A DNA stretch of 64,000 nt from Tubulanus polymorphus (GCF_964204645.1 NC_134033.1:2686131-2750130); one strand, 5' to 3'; shown: positions 47,701 to 62,700, counted from the stretch's first letter. Notes: a model not told the origin generated them from the sequence alone. Numbers and translations: made by a program.

Positions 47701-50700
47701 TGCATTTATTCATTCGTTCATTCATACATTCATTCATTCATGCATTCCTTCATACATTCATGCATTCATTCATTCATTCATTCATTCATTCATGCATTTA
47801 TTCATTCGTTCATTCATGCATTCATTCATTCATACATTCCTTCATACATTCCTTCATACATTCATTCATTCATACATTCATTCATTCATACATTCCTTCA
47901 TACATTCATTCATTCGTTCATTCATTCCTTCATTCATTCATTCACGTTTTTCGTCTGCTTCGAAAATCTCTAATTTCTATCCCTGACTTTTTCCCTGACT
48001 TTTTTTTAAAGGTCCTGAAGATTCTTTTTTAGTGGTCGATGTATTTTTTTCGCTCTTTTTGGTACTGGTTAAATTTGAAAGTGATGACACTTTCTGATAT
48101 ATTTTTACTTTAAGTACGGTAGTTACATTTGACTTATTGAATTGTGGTATCAGGTTTACCTTTTTTGCTCTTTCAATCCACCCAGGGTCCTGTTTCGGGA
48201 AACTTTTTGCAGAGTTTTTACTGCCATGAATTTAGATATTTTCACCTCCAAAAATGGCCAAGTATATCGTATATATTGTATGAACCATGAACTAGACCAT
48301 TACACTAGGCTAAGTTATAGCTCTTCTAACCCCGCGGTGAATGAATTTTGATTCCGAATTTTGGTCCTAAATTCCGAGCCATTTCTGATCCAATTTTCAA
48401 TTAATCATTCCTAAGAAAATATGTAGCCTGTTAAAATCTTAAAAAATCTCATGGACTTTTTTCGCGAAACAAATTACAAAGTACCGTTTCGGTAATGTCG
48501 TCTGCTCTTGGTTTTTTTTTTTCGTAGATTCTCACGACGCCGGCGAAACCGTCGAAAAAGAAGACGAAGTTCAAGGTTTCATTTTCTCGAAGTTGGAGAA
48601 ATTGCATCCGGATTTGTCCGGCAATTTGGACGAGTTTCGCAAGCACCTGATCGAGAGCGGGAACGAAATCGTTCCGTTGAAAGTCTGGGAAATTCAGGGT
48701 ACGTTTTGTTGCGCGCGGGTTCCCTTCGATATGAAAATTTATGCGCGAAAAATCGCGAGAAAGTTTGAAAATTCGAGAGAAATGTCTCTGTGAAAATATT
48801 TCGGTGCCCTTTTTATGCCATATACTGCAGAGATCTGAATTTGCTACGCGCTGGAGAAATTTTATTTGGGGTGAAAAATGTGAAAAATCTCGAAAATTTA
48901 TGCGAAAGAAAAATGTGAAGAATCCTGGTATTTTTTGTAATTTTCAGATGTTTCAAAATGGTCACTTTTCAATAGTACACTCTTCGAAACAGCCACTATA
49001 GAAAAGCAACCGAATTGAAAGGAATACTATTTCAGAGTGACTGTTTTGAAATGTTTACTTCTGGAAAAGTAGCCGATATCGTTAATTGCTTATTGTTCTC
49101 AAGTGGCTACTAAGTAAAAGTAGACGTTTGGGCTCAAAAGTGCGATAGACATGTTCTTGGATTCAGCCTTTCAAATGCGAAAATGTCGATTGCGAGGATG
49201 TGAAAAAATGTGAAACTCCAGAGTTCAGTCGATCTCTTCCTTGTCTATTCGAACCTCTTTAGCGCCCATGATTGCAGTACACTGTATTTGTATCGGTTTT
49301 GGGTCTTGATTTTAAACGTTGAATCGGAATATATTTCAGATTTGAGTTTCCAAGCAGCTCAGCGCATCCTGTCGTCGCCCAAAGATCAGAGTCTCGAAAC
49401 TATGCGGGCCATCAGTCAGAACTTCCCTACCCAGGCAAAGTAAGAAAACAGGTCGTTAAGAATTGAGCTATAGACACTTCCGGAAAAGATGGTCGCCTCA
49501 CACCCCCTATGACATCATCAAATTGCGTCGTGAAATGATGGCTGCCTCCAGAAATCACCCTGTGATATCATCAAAGTGATTTAGACCCCGACAGAAAAGA
49601 TGAGGTCTCTTAGTTACGTCATATGGAGACTATGGAGACCCCCAACCAAAAAAATGGCTGACTCAATCGCTCCCCCTATGACATCATAGATAAAACTGCT
49701 TAGAGAGATTTTAATCATTACAATCTATCAACTAATTTCGTATTTGATGGTAAATTCGTGATGTCATAGGGGGACACATGGTACCTGCTATCTTTTTTCT
49801 CTTCGAGTATTTCGACTCCAAGGGAAATTTATGAAATCTATCCATTAATTTCTTTCAGAAATCTCGCGAAAGTTTCTGTCAAAGATGACGTCCGATCAGA
49901 AATAAAACTGAACCAACAGGTAAAAATTATCATTAACCCTTTTCGGTGCTGACTACCAATACCGTTAAGTACTGGAGATAATTTGAAAATTTCAACCCGG
50001 TGCATCAAATAACAGGCATCCGCTATAATGCATCTGCACCACGGTACGGTGTATTGTTAGTTGCTTCTATCTAAATGTGTTTGCCAGGTGCTGCCATCTT
50101 TCATCAGAGATCAACACATTTACGAAATACATCAATAAACCACAGTGCAATGTACTAGCAAAGTCGCACCGCGGTGTAGATGCACTGAAAGGTTGAAACA
50201 CGACTTTTGTGTATTTCTCATTGAATAAAACCTTGATTTAGATTTTGTCGTTTTGTTGCAGTTGTTTGAGAATTATCTCGGAATTGGGGCCGGAGATGCG
50301 GCCATGTTTCTGAACGGTATGACTATTGATCTCGACGTTCACGACCCGTTCGCACTTTTAGAGATTTTACAATCGGAAACTAAACTACTCACCGGCCTAC
50401 ACCAACTCGGCATTGAGGTAATTAGACCAGACTTATATCCTATACAATCATCAGAACCAGGGTGAGATAAAACCAACACAACTGTGGAACTGGATCCATA
50501 GTCAAATTAAACCCACACAACTCAGGAACTGGGTTCAGAGTCAGTAGAAACCCACACAACTGTGGAACTGGGTTTAGATTCAAATTAAACCCACACAACT
50601 GTGGAACTGGGTTTAGATTCAAATTAAACCCACACAACTGTGGAACTGGGTTCAGAGTCAGTTGAAACCCACACAACTGTGGAACTGGGTTCAGATTCAA

Positions 50701-53700
50701 ATTAAACCCACACAACTGTGGAACTGGGTTCAGAGTCAAATGAATCCCACACAACTGTGGAACTGGGTTCAGAGTCAAATTAAACCCACACAACTGTGGA
50801 ACTGGGTTCAGAGTCAAATGAAACCCACACAACTGTGGAACTGGGTTCAGAGTCAAATGAAACCCACACAACTGTGGAACTGGGTTCAGATTCAAATGAA
50901 ACCCACACAACTGTGGAACTGGGTTCAGATTCAAATGAAACCCACACAATTGTGGAACTGGATCCAGAGTGAAATCAAACCCACACAACTCTGGAACTGG
51001 ATTCAGAGTCAAATTAAACCCACAAAACTGTGGAACTGGGTTCAGAGTCAAATTAAACCCGCACAACCGGGTTCAGATTTAAATTAGACATGTTCCAGAC
51101 CGTAGATTCGTTTTCCATTTTTCAGGAAGCGCAAATCTCAGAATTCATGAAAATCGATATGAAGACCTCGGACGAATCTTACGCAGTTGATATCAGAAGT
51201 CCTCACGTCGTGGTACGACAATCATTTAGGGAAGAAACAAATTCTAAAACGTTCGCTGCCGACTATGAGTTTTATTGTAGTTCCAGTTCCGCCATCATTA
51301 TTAGCACACAGGAGTGACACGCGTTCCTGATTGGCTGGCAATGGGAACAAACTCTGCTTCATTCTCAATGCTCATTGGTCAATTTTGAACAATGGCCGAC
51401 TGTGTTATACTAACTAGCTAGCGTTAGTTCGCTTTGTCTAATTGATTAGAAGTTAATACTCGTGTTACTTTAAGATTAAAAAGATTAAATTTGGGGGGGG
51501 CAATTATCCGGGGGGCAGTTGTCAAGGCGCAATTGTCCTGATACCCTCTAATTCCAACTATGAGATAACTTGTAGTGGCAATAGGGGGCAGCACCGTATT
51601 ACCATGATGGCAGTGAATGTGTTAAGATTTGTTCCTATTTAATATCAGAATTGTGATTTATTTTGTATTTTAAATCGGTTTCGAATTCGATATTTAATTC
51701 GATTGTCGTCTGCTCTTATATTTCCGCAGTATATAAACGACCTTGAGACGGAGCGTAAATACAGCGGTTGGCCGAGGTCGCTGAACGACATGCTGCGTCC
51801 GACGTTCCCGGGAATGTTGCGCCACGTCGCCAAGAACATCTTCCACCTTGTGTTCGTCGGCGACCCGGTCGCCAAGGAAAGTCGCGATATTCTCAAACTG
51901 GCCGAAGCGTTCTACGTTCACAGCGCGCCGATCAGGTACGATTATAAGATGGCTGCCCTTAGTAAATCCCCCTATGATTTCATGTCTAGTGTAGTTCATA
52001 GACCTTTCCAAAAACGATGGCTGCCTCAATAGATACCCTATGACATCATCGAACTCATTTACCCTTTAAGAAAAAATAACTGCTCACATAAATACCCCTA
52101 TGATGTTGTGAAATAATGAAAAGGTGGTTATCTGCATTAGATCCCCCTATGACATCATCATAATCAAATCGCCTTATTACTTGATCTTTAAACCATTCCA
52201 GATTGCTACGTACTTTCATAAATCCCCCTATTACATCATTACAAAAGAATTACGGGATGATTTGATCTGTAGAACCTCCCTGAATAGATGGCTTCTACAA
52301 TAAATCCCCGATGACATCATCAAAATACCTACCGTAGTCATTTGATACAGGTTATACACCTTCATCGATCCCCCTATGACATTGTTGTATTGCCTAGCAA
52401 ATATTGGTAGACCAATATCTACCTCAATAGATCTCCCTATGACATCATCGAATTACCTGCTGTAGTAATTTTATACAGGTTATATACCTTCCATTAAAGA
52501 CGTCTGCCTTCGTCGATCACCCTATGACATCATCGTATTGCCTAGCAATTATCGGTGGTTCGATGGCTACCACAATAAATCTCTTAATTAAATTCCGTAA
52601 TGAAAATTCATGTTGTTGTAGGATTGGATTTGTTTGGGTGGTGAACGATGGCGACGACGTCGATGTCAAGAAAGACGCGGACGTCGCGATGTACAGAGCT
52701 TTCAAATACATCTCTGAAAACAGTACTCCTTATAAAGCGCTTTCATTCATTACCGACGTAAGTTCGAATTGTCTTTTCAATTTTGATGACAAATGGGAGT
52801 TGCCACTTTCCAGATAACAGCAGGGGCTGCAGTTGCTGAAAAGTTGGTTAACCCGTTCAGTGCGTCTTCACCGCAGTGCGGTGTATGAATCAGTGATGGA
52901 TTTTGCTAGTACACCGCTGCCGTGTATTGCTGTAATTAGTTTTTAGTTTTTATCTCTATTCAAAGATGGCAGCACCTATCAAACATAATGAAATACCAGT
53001 AACTAACGATACACCGCACTGCGGTGTAGACACACTATAGTGGTATTCCCGTTATTCAGCACACTAGGGTGGAATTTTTTAAAATTTTCAAATTATCTCT
53101 AGCACTAAAGGGTATTGATAACTGGGTCCGGTTCCACAGTTGTGAGTTAGAGTTGACTCGGAGTTAAAATCAGTTCATTTTCAATGTTTTAACTCTAGAT
53201 TCAAATCTTAACTCACAACTGTGGAACTGGATCCAGGTGGATAAATACCATAGTAACAATGAACTTTTAATTGTCACTATGTCAATTATCTGCTGGTTAA
53301 CTAGAAACAACTTTTGAGCAACTGCAGCCCCTGGTTGTTTATAGCCAATATGCATTTGATAAAAATTGTTATGCGGAAAACACTTTTGTCGATGGTGTTG
53401 ATAATTGTCACTTACTAACTTTGAATTGGCCTACAATGCTTGATGCATACAGAAATATGAAATACGTTACTGAGGGTCTAACCCCCTTGATTACTGGTGA
53501 ATTTGTAGGCCTACAAAAAAATGAAAGATGTTACTGAGGGTCTTACTGTTGATTACTGATTGATATGAACAGAAATATGAAAGATGTTACTTAGGGTCTT
53601 ACTGTTGATTACTGATGAATTTGTAGGCCTACAGAAATATGAAAGATGTTACTTAGGGTCTTACTGTTGATTACTGATTCATTTGAACAGAAATATGAAA

Positions 53701-56700
53701 GATGTTACTGAGGGTCTTACTGTTGATTACTGATTCATTTGAACATTTTTTTTCGTATTGCAATGAAATGTTACTGAAAAAAATTTGATTCGTTACGGAA
53801 AGCACTTTTTAGAGGTTGGCTGCTCCGTGATAATGTTTGAGGGTTTCAGGGTCCAGGCTGCAGATTCATACCTGCTGCATTACGTAATTCATAGCCTCTG
53901 TATTCATGATTTTCGATGCAGATTTTTAACAGCGAAGAAGACGACCTTCCTAAATCCGATGCGATACTGGACGAACTTGAATCTAATTTCGGGGCGAGCG
54001 CTGTTAGTCAAATTACTGATAAAAATTCAAAGTACGACGCCGGCAGAAAGGTACGTTTGTTTCTTAAGTCAATAAAAATGGTCCTAAGTTGTTAGTTTGT
54101 TCTTCTTCGTTTTCATTAAATCTCGGCAAACCTCCCTAGCCTGCACTGGGACTTGAACCTGGGTCTCCCAGTCGAAAATCCTGCATCCTACCGCTAGACC
54201 ACAGAACTATGGTGAAAGACTGCAGGGTTCGACAGTTGTCTACTCTGTGTGACTGACCAGTCAGCTGTGGCGTGATCGGTCAGGTGCAGTGACTCACTAA
54301 CAATACCAGAGTTTGGCTATGATTAAAAATGAGTTTGACTGGTCTTAAGTTATTAGATTGGCTATGGAACCAAAATGAGCTCAGACTGGTCTTAAGTTAT
54401 TAGATTGGTTATACAACCAAAATGAGCTAAGTTTGGTCTTAGTTGTAAGATTGGTTGTATAACCAAAATGGTCTTATACTGGTCTTAAGTTGTTAGATTG
54501 GCTATGGAACCAAAATGAGCTCAGACTGGTCTTAAGTTGTTAGATTGGTTATACAACCAAAATGAGCTAAGTTTGGTCTTAGTTGTAAGATTGGTTGTAT
54601 AACCAAAATGGTCTTATACTGGTCTTAAGTTGTTAGATTGGCTATGGAACCAAAATGAGCTCAGACTGGTCTTAAAGTTATTAGATTGGTTATACAACCA
54701 AAATGAGCTAAGTTTGGTCTTAGTTGTAAGATTGGTTGTATAACCAAAATGGTCTTATACTGGTCTTAAGTTGTTAGATTGGCTATGGAACCAAAATGAG
54801 CTCAGACTGGTCTAAAGTTGTTGGATTGGTTATAGAACCTAAATTGCTGGTCTGTGAAACTGCCCCCATGACCTGATAGTCTGCTCCTATCAATTTGACT
54901 GAACCCACTTCCACAGCTGTCGATTAGTTATTTGATTTAAATAAACGCTTAACCAAGATTAACAGTACTGATTAAAGAGTCTTCTGTATTTTGGATATGA
55001 AAGTGATGCAGACGCTTCCTCGAAATCTGAAATTTTCGCCTTTAAAACTCCTTTAAAATTCTGTATATCCAGGAATGGCCGATCTGTAGGGACTCGTATG
55101 ACATCATCCTCGATATTTCTTCGTTGTAGGAAGCCGCGGAATTCTTCAAGAAACTCGGTCTCGGTAACGTGCCTCAGGTTCTGTTGAACGGCGCTCCGTT
55201 GAAGAAGGAAGAAGTGACCGGCGACAGCTTCGAAGAGGCCGTCGTCAACGCCATCATGCAACGAACTCCCGAGATACAGAAAGCCATTTACAACGTAAGA
55301 TTTCTTCGGATTTTTTAGATAGAATTTTTATTTGGTCGAAATTTCGACTGGAAAGAATCAGAAAAATCTGGAGAAAATCAGGGAATTCGGATAATATTAT
55401 TGGCCGCGTGTTTCTTTATCAATAGATGATTCATAGAAAAATGAATAAATTGTTTCATTTTAAACTTAGAAATTCCTCGCGATTTACTCGGGGAATTTTC
55501 GGTTATAACATGGAAACATCAGGGAAAATCGAACCTAGAAATTTTTCTGATCCTCTCAGGGGGGGAATTTTTTATAATCACATGGAAAAATCTGGGAATC
55601 TTGAATTTGTAAATTTCCAGAAAGCCACCCAGTCCTAGCAGTCCTTAGAGAATTCAGCTCCCAGTCATTTGAAAAGTCACTTTTTTTCCAGCGTGAATTG
55701 ACCGATAATCAAGACGTGTTGGATTGGTTGATGTCTCGCGAAAACGTGATGCCTCGTTTGAATCCGCGCGTTCTATCGACAGACGTCGACTACGTCGACT
55801 TCACGCAGACGGCGGACGCCGGACACGTCGATCGACTGGACGAGTTCAAAAAACTGAAACTCGACGAAATGACCGGCGCGGTGACCAGCGGAATGAACTA
55901 TCTGACTAAAAAAGGTACTCATGTCTATTTCGACTTGACTTCGAGAGCAGCACATCAGGTGGAAAACCTGGAAAACTCAGCAAATATCGAAAACCTGGAA
56001 ATATCGAAAAAATCAAGTAGAACGCAGGGAATTTGGATAATGCTATATTGACTGCAGGTTTCTATTTTAAATCTCGAAATTTCTCCGATTCACTCATAGG
56101 GAATTTTGCGTAATTATTTGGAAAAATCAGGGTAAACTTTTGGGGATAAGGGGCAGAAAGTGGGCACCCTGATTTGGATAAATCCCATAACTGTCGAATT
56201 GATAAATTTGAGATATTTTCACTACTGGATAATTCATTTAGTAATAGAATTTTCGATAACATAAAATGTATTTGCAAACCGTACGAAAAATCGAAAATAA
56301 CGTTTTCGCGGTTGTCGGTTCGAAATTTAGAAAAAATTTATAAATTCTTTTCGTTCTCCAGATGAGATAATCGCGCGATCTATAACGAACTGGATTGTTG
56401 GTGATTTCGATTCACCGGCCGGGCGTCAACTGCTTTACAGCGCTATCAAACAGATGGTACGTATTAAACATCCGGCAGTCCAGCAGTCCTTTCAAGTCCT
56501 TCTTTGTCCTTCTTTTGGAAAAAGTTTGGACAAGCATCATCTTTGTCCTTCCTTTTAACCCTTTCAGTGCGTCTACACCGCACTGCAGTGTACGAATCGG
56601 TGATGGAATTTGCTAGTGCGGTGTATTGATTTAATTAGTAATTACTAATTATCTCTCTTGAAAGATGGCAGCACCTGTCAAACATGGTGAAATATTCGTA

Positions 56701-59700
56701 ACTAACGATACACCGCGCCAGGGTGTAGACGCACTATAGTGCTATTCCCGTTATTCAGCACACTAGGGTGGAATTTTTCAGAATATTCAAATTATGTTCA
56801 GCACTATAGGGTATTAATTAGCCAGCACTGAAAGGGTTAAATAAGAAAGTCCTTCCTAATTAGATTTTTATGTATTTCTCGTTGAAAGTTGAAGTATTTT
56901 ATCAGTAAGGCCTGGTTATTCACTTGTCAGTTAGATCGAATATATTGGAATGGAATTACCCTGGTACATGTGATTGGTCTACATGACTAGTATTCTAAAT
57001 GCTCTCTTATGGCCCTCATTTCACTGGAAAGCGCTTCTTTCCGAATCAAAAACTCCTTCCTTTTGGGTCTAAAATTGCTGAAAAAGTCCTTCTTACTACT
57101 CCTTGTTACCTTGGCGCCAATTCCGGGAGCCTTTTTCGAGAAAAGTTTCTAGAAAGTATGCGATTCGTGATTTTTTTTCTCTTCAGAAAACTTCGAACGA
57201 CGTTCGCGTTGGCGTCGTACACAATCCGACGCACGTGCCGACCGACGAGAAATCGACGCTGATCTCGCGAGCGATTCAGACGGCCATCGCGACTCTGCCG
57301 ACCGGCCTCGCTCGCAGTTTCATCACTAAACTCGTCAAAGAGGAGAACGTCGACGGTCTGCTGTCGGGTACGAAAACAATTTCAGATTTGGAAGTCCACG
57401 TAAGTTCGAAAATAGAATTGAATTAGTGATAGTAACACGTGTAATGATATAGAAATAATACTGATGATATTAATATGAGTTTCTTGTAAAGCATGTCTGC
57501 CTTCATGAATCCCCTTATGACATCATCACGTACCTCGTAATTTGGTACGATAACCACACTCAAACGTGGTGATCAGATGATAAGATGAAAACCCACTATT
57601 TAAAAATTAAAAGAAATCTAAAATCGAGAATTTATTATTGAAACAATCTAAAATATAAGGACACGACGTTTCGATCTCACACTAGAGATCATAGTCGGGT
57701 GGCATCACCTCGTAATTTAGTCAATCGACTCTTCTAGGAAAGATGAATGCCTCAATAAATCCCCCTATGACATCATTAAATTGCCTTCAGACATTATCCG
57801 TGGAAACTTTCAGAAAAGTGACTACCTCGATCAAATTCCCCTATCACTTAATTAGATTATCTAATGATTCAATCCAGACTCTTCCAACAAACATGGCTAC
57901 TTCCATGAATTCCCCTATGACATCATAATATTGCCTTGTGCCATCATTTATGGAAACTTCCGGATGAAATGACTACCATGATAAATCCTCCTCGGATGGC
58001 GTTGATTTAACCATCATTGATTACCAGATTGAAATCTTAGAGAAAGTCATTGCTTCACTGATTTGTGAATTATTTCGTAGGGAATGGATATGGAAAAGTA
58101 CGAGAAAGGTTTCAAGTCGAAGGCGACTGATTTTCTGTTCACGCATCGAATGTTTTGCGATCAGGTTTTGGAATTACAGCCCGGTGATAGAACGGTCATC
58201 ACAAACGGCAGGGTAAGGATATCGGATATTGACAATGTCGCCATCTATGGGGTAAAGTTTGATCTAGTGGGTTGCAGACGATCCATTGGTACTGATGCAG
58301 TTTCGCCATCTATGGGGTAAAGTTTGACCTAGCGGGTAGCAGACGATCTATTTGTTCTTCTGGACAATGAAATAGACAGTATCGCCATCTATAGGGTAAA
58401 GTTTGATCTAGTGGGTAGCAGACGATCTATTTGTTCTTCTGGACAATGAAATAGACAGTATCGCCATCTTTAGGGGTAAAGTTTGACCTAGCAGGAAGCA
58501 GATGATTGTTTTGTACTGCTGGACAATGAAATTGACAGTATCTCCATCTTTAGGGTAAAGTACGATCTAGCGAGTAACAGACGTTCGATCGATAAACGCG
58601 TTATTTCGTTTTTCAGAACATCGGTGCTTTAGCAGACGGAGAGGAATTCACGCAGGAAGATTTCACCTTGTTGCAAAAAGTGTCGTCGAAAGGCGCGAAA
58701 AGCAAACTACAATTTAAAATCAACTGGCTCGGCGTTTCTGACTCGCAGTAAGTCAATCTTTAACCGTCTCGTTGCCAACTGGTAAACCTGTGCCGGGGAT
58801 TTTTGGGAATCTCATACGGTATTCCCCACTTTTGTCTTATTTGCATGAACATTTATTCGATCCAGGGACATATTTTATGAACTTATTCTAAGCAGCTAAA
58901 AGCTTCATAAAAATTCTAAGTAGTTGATGAAAGTTTTTTTAAGTTAACCCTTTCAGTGCTGGCTAATTAATACCCTATAGTGCTAGAGATAATTTGAAAA
59001 TTCTGAAAGATTCCACCCTAGTGTGTTGAATAGCGGGAATATCGCTATAGTGCGTCTACACCCTGGCGCGGTGTATCGTTAGAGGGTTAATTGATAGGTA
59101 ATTAAAGCTGAATGCTATTGCTATAATGTAAATATATCCTCATTCGATTATTTAGGATCAGTGATTTGATGATGAAAATCAGTAGTTTACTGTTGGGAAA
59201 TCCGCAAATTGAATCGAGACGAAAACTGCCTCCGCTTTCCGGACAAAACAGGTTCGTACCGCAATTAGAAAGGAGAAATCCATTCGTATTCAAGATTTAT
59301 CCATCTGAAACCAGTTCCGCTGTTGTGAGTTAAGATCTATTTGACTAATAGTCAACTCATTGAAATGAAATAATTTTAACTCAGAGTTAACTGTAACTCA
59401 CAACTGTGGAACTGGATCCTCAGTTCAGAGTTAACTGAAACTCAGAACTGTGGAACTGGATCCTTAGTTCAGAGAGTTAACTGTAACCCACAACTGTGGA
59501 ATTGGATCCTTAGTTCAGAATTAACTGTAACTCAGAACTGTGGAACTGGATCCTTAGGTCAGAGTTGACTGTAATTTGGAACTGTGGAACTGGATCCTTA
59601 GTTCAGAGAGTTAACTGTGACTCACAATTGTGGAATTAGATCCTTAGTTCAGAGTTAACTGTAACCCACAACTGTGGAATTGGATCCTTAGTTCAGAATT

Positions 59701-62700
59701 AACTGTAACTCAGAACTGTGGAACTGGATCCTTAGGTCAGAGAGTTAACTGTGACTCACAATTGTGGAATTGGATCCTTAGTTCAGAGTTAACTGTAACT
59801 CACAACTGTGGAATTGGATCCTTAGTTCTGAATTAACTGTGACTCACAATCATGGAATTGGATCGTTAGTTCAGAGTTAACTGTAACTCACAACTGTGGA
59901 AGTGGATCGTTAGTTCAGAGTTAACTGTAACTCACAACTGTGGAATTGGATCCTTAGTTCAGAGAGTTAACTGTGACTCACAATCATGGAATTGGATCCT
60001 TAGTTCAGAGTTAACTGTATCTCACAACTGTAAAAGTGGATCCTGTGTACGTACTTTATCTAACCTTGCGTAAATAGCTCATGCTAAGAATGTACATTTA
60101 TTATTCGCAGCATGATACATCTGCCGGCGATGGACTCGGGTCCCGCCCACGAACTCGTCGTAATTTTAGACCCGTTGACGCGCGACGCACAGAAAGTGTC
60201 TCACGTTCTCATGGTGAGTAGTTTCGCTAAATTTAAATCCTGTGAATAAATTTGTGCTATAGTAGGTTTTAACCCTTTCAGTGCTGACTAATTAATACCC
60301 TATAGTGCTGGAGATAATTTGAAAATTCGAAAAAATTCCACCCTATATTGTTCAATAACGGGAATACCACTTTAGTGCGTCTACACAGCGGCGCGGTGTA
60401 TCGTTAGTTACTAGTATTTCACTATGTTTGACACGTGCTGCCATTTTTCAAGAGAGATAATTACTAATAACATCAATACACCGCAGTGCGATGTACTAGC
60501 AAAATCTATCACTGATTTATACACCGCACTGCGGTGTAGACGCACTGAAAGGATAAGCAGTTGACGAAAGATTGACAAATGTTTGACAAATGATTCACCC
60601 CTTCGGTGCTTGTTTTGATTTCAATTTTCTCGGGTTTCTGTATATTTTTTAGGTTCTGCAGAAAGTCGTTAACACGGACATTCGTATTTATATGAACACG
60701 AAGGAAAAACATTCGGAATTGCCGCTGAAAAAGTAAGTTTAATTTAACCCTTTCAGTGCTGACTAACCAATACCCTTTAGTGCTGGAGATGATTTGAAAA
60801 ATTCCACCCTAGTGTTGAATAACGGGAATAACACTATAGTGCGTCTACACCGCGGCGCGGTGTATTGTTAGTAACTAATATTTCACTATGTTTGACAGGT
60901 GCTGCCATCATTCAATAGAGATAAAAACTAATTACACCAATACACCGCAGTGCGGTGTACTAGCAAAATCCATCACCGATTCATACACCGCTCTGTGGTG
61001 TATACGCACAGAAAGGGTTAAAAGTTTCAGATACTAGTTGTACAGTTATAGTGTAGATTTAAGACCAGTCCAAAACCATCTTAGTTCTTTAAACAATGTA
61101 ACAACTTGAGACTAGTCTTAAGATTTAGGATCACTTTTGGACTTAAGTCATGACTGCAGCTAGGCCTAATAAGCTTACCGGTGTTGATCCTTTCATCAAG
61201 GTCATTATTAGTAACTAATAATAATTTTACTGAATCATTAGAGTCATAGAAAATGAGAAAGTCTCCATAATTAACTAATTGTAATTTTACTGAATTTTAG
61301 AAGTCATCGAGAATGTCATTAACTAGTCATCATAATTTTGCTTAGTTAAAATGTAAATGAAGAAAATGAATAAAGTCATATGTATTCAGAAACGTGGTGA
61401 AGAGCTGCTAAAAAGATTCTGTAAAAATGACTTCTTCTAATCGCATTTTTTTTTCTTTTCACAGTTTCTATCGGTTCGTTTTGGACTCGGAACTGCAGTT
61501 TAAAGCGGATAAGTCGATGTCTCCGGGGCCGATCGCGCGATTCGATTCGCTGCCTCACAAGCCGCTGTTCACGCTGGGACTGCTGGCGCCGCATAGCTGG
61601 CTCGTGCAGAGCAAACGCTCGGTTTACGATCTCGACAACATCTACCTGGAAGAGGTTCGTTTATTCTTCCGAGCAGACGGGTTTTAACGCGAATGACAGG
61701 TTGGCCACTGACCTGGAAAACCGAGGGACCAGAAAACTCTTCAGGGAAAAACTCTCAAAAATTATCACAATTTTTTTCAAAAACCTGGAAAATCATCAAA
61801 TTGGTTTGCGTGATTTTTGATAAAGGTGGCTACCTACATAAATCCCCTTTTGACGTCATTGCATTCCTGGTTTTCACAGTCCTCTGCTAAATACGTAAGT
61901 CGACGTCGGATAAATGATGTCATAGGAGGATTTATGGAGGCATTGTTCAGGGAGAAAGATTAAGAACATATCGTAAGACAATTTGATGATGTCATAGGGT
62001 GATTTAACGGGTACAGCCATCTTGATCGGGAACTGTTAAACTAATCGCGAAGGTGTTTATCATTTTTAGATCACCAATGGAGTAACTGCCGAGTTTGAAC
62101 TGGAATCTCTGTTGTTAGAGGGGCATTGTTACGACACGACGACTGGAGCGCCCCCTAGAGGACTGCAATTCACTCTCGGTACTAAGGATACCCCGGTTAT
62201 GGTCGACACGATCGTCATGGCGAATCTGGTAAGTTGCCAAAAGTGTTCGATTTGCATACGGCTGCAGACGGTGGATAAATTATGCAAATTAACACGCAAA
62301 TTTCAACCTGATTGTCATCGCTTAGACTTATGACCAGTTGAAGACGATCTTAGTTATGTAGCCAATCTGACAACTCGAAACCAATCTTATGGTTTGAGAC
62401 CACTTACGGACTGAAGTCATGACTGGGCCCAGCATGTAGTTTTACAGTCAAGGTTAAGATTTCAGATCCATCTTAGTTGCATGGCTCTTCTACGTAACAG
62501 CTTGAACACTGATTTAACACCACTTGTCTTTTGGAGTTAAGTCACGACCCACAAAACGGGCCCCTGATTTTTGCGTATTTCCGTTTTCTAGGGATATTTC
62601 CAACTGAAGGCTAAGCCCGGAGCGTGGCTGCTACGCTTGCGCGAGGGTCGCTCGCAGGATATCTATGACATCGCCAGTCACGAGTTCACCGATTCGCCGG

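Noticed and set aside
47449-48032. HSFI-rich ORFs
   Set aside because: Translation of the (ATTC)n microsatellite.
50440-51087. Repetitive ORFs / CRISPR-like appearance
   Set aside because: Head-to-tail 39-bp minisatellite with no unique spacers, inside a eukaryotic intron, and no cas genes.
59380-60044. CRISPR-like array
   Set aside because: Contiguous tandem units derived from a MITE end; no spacers.
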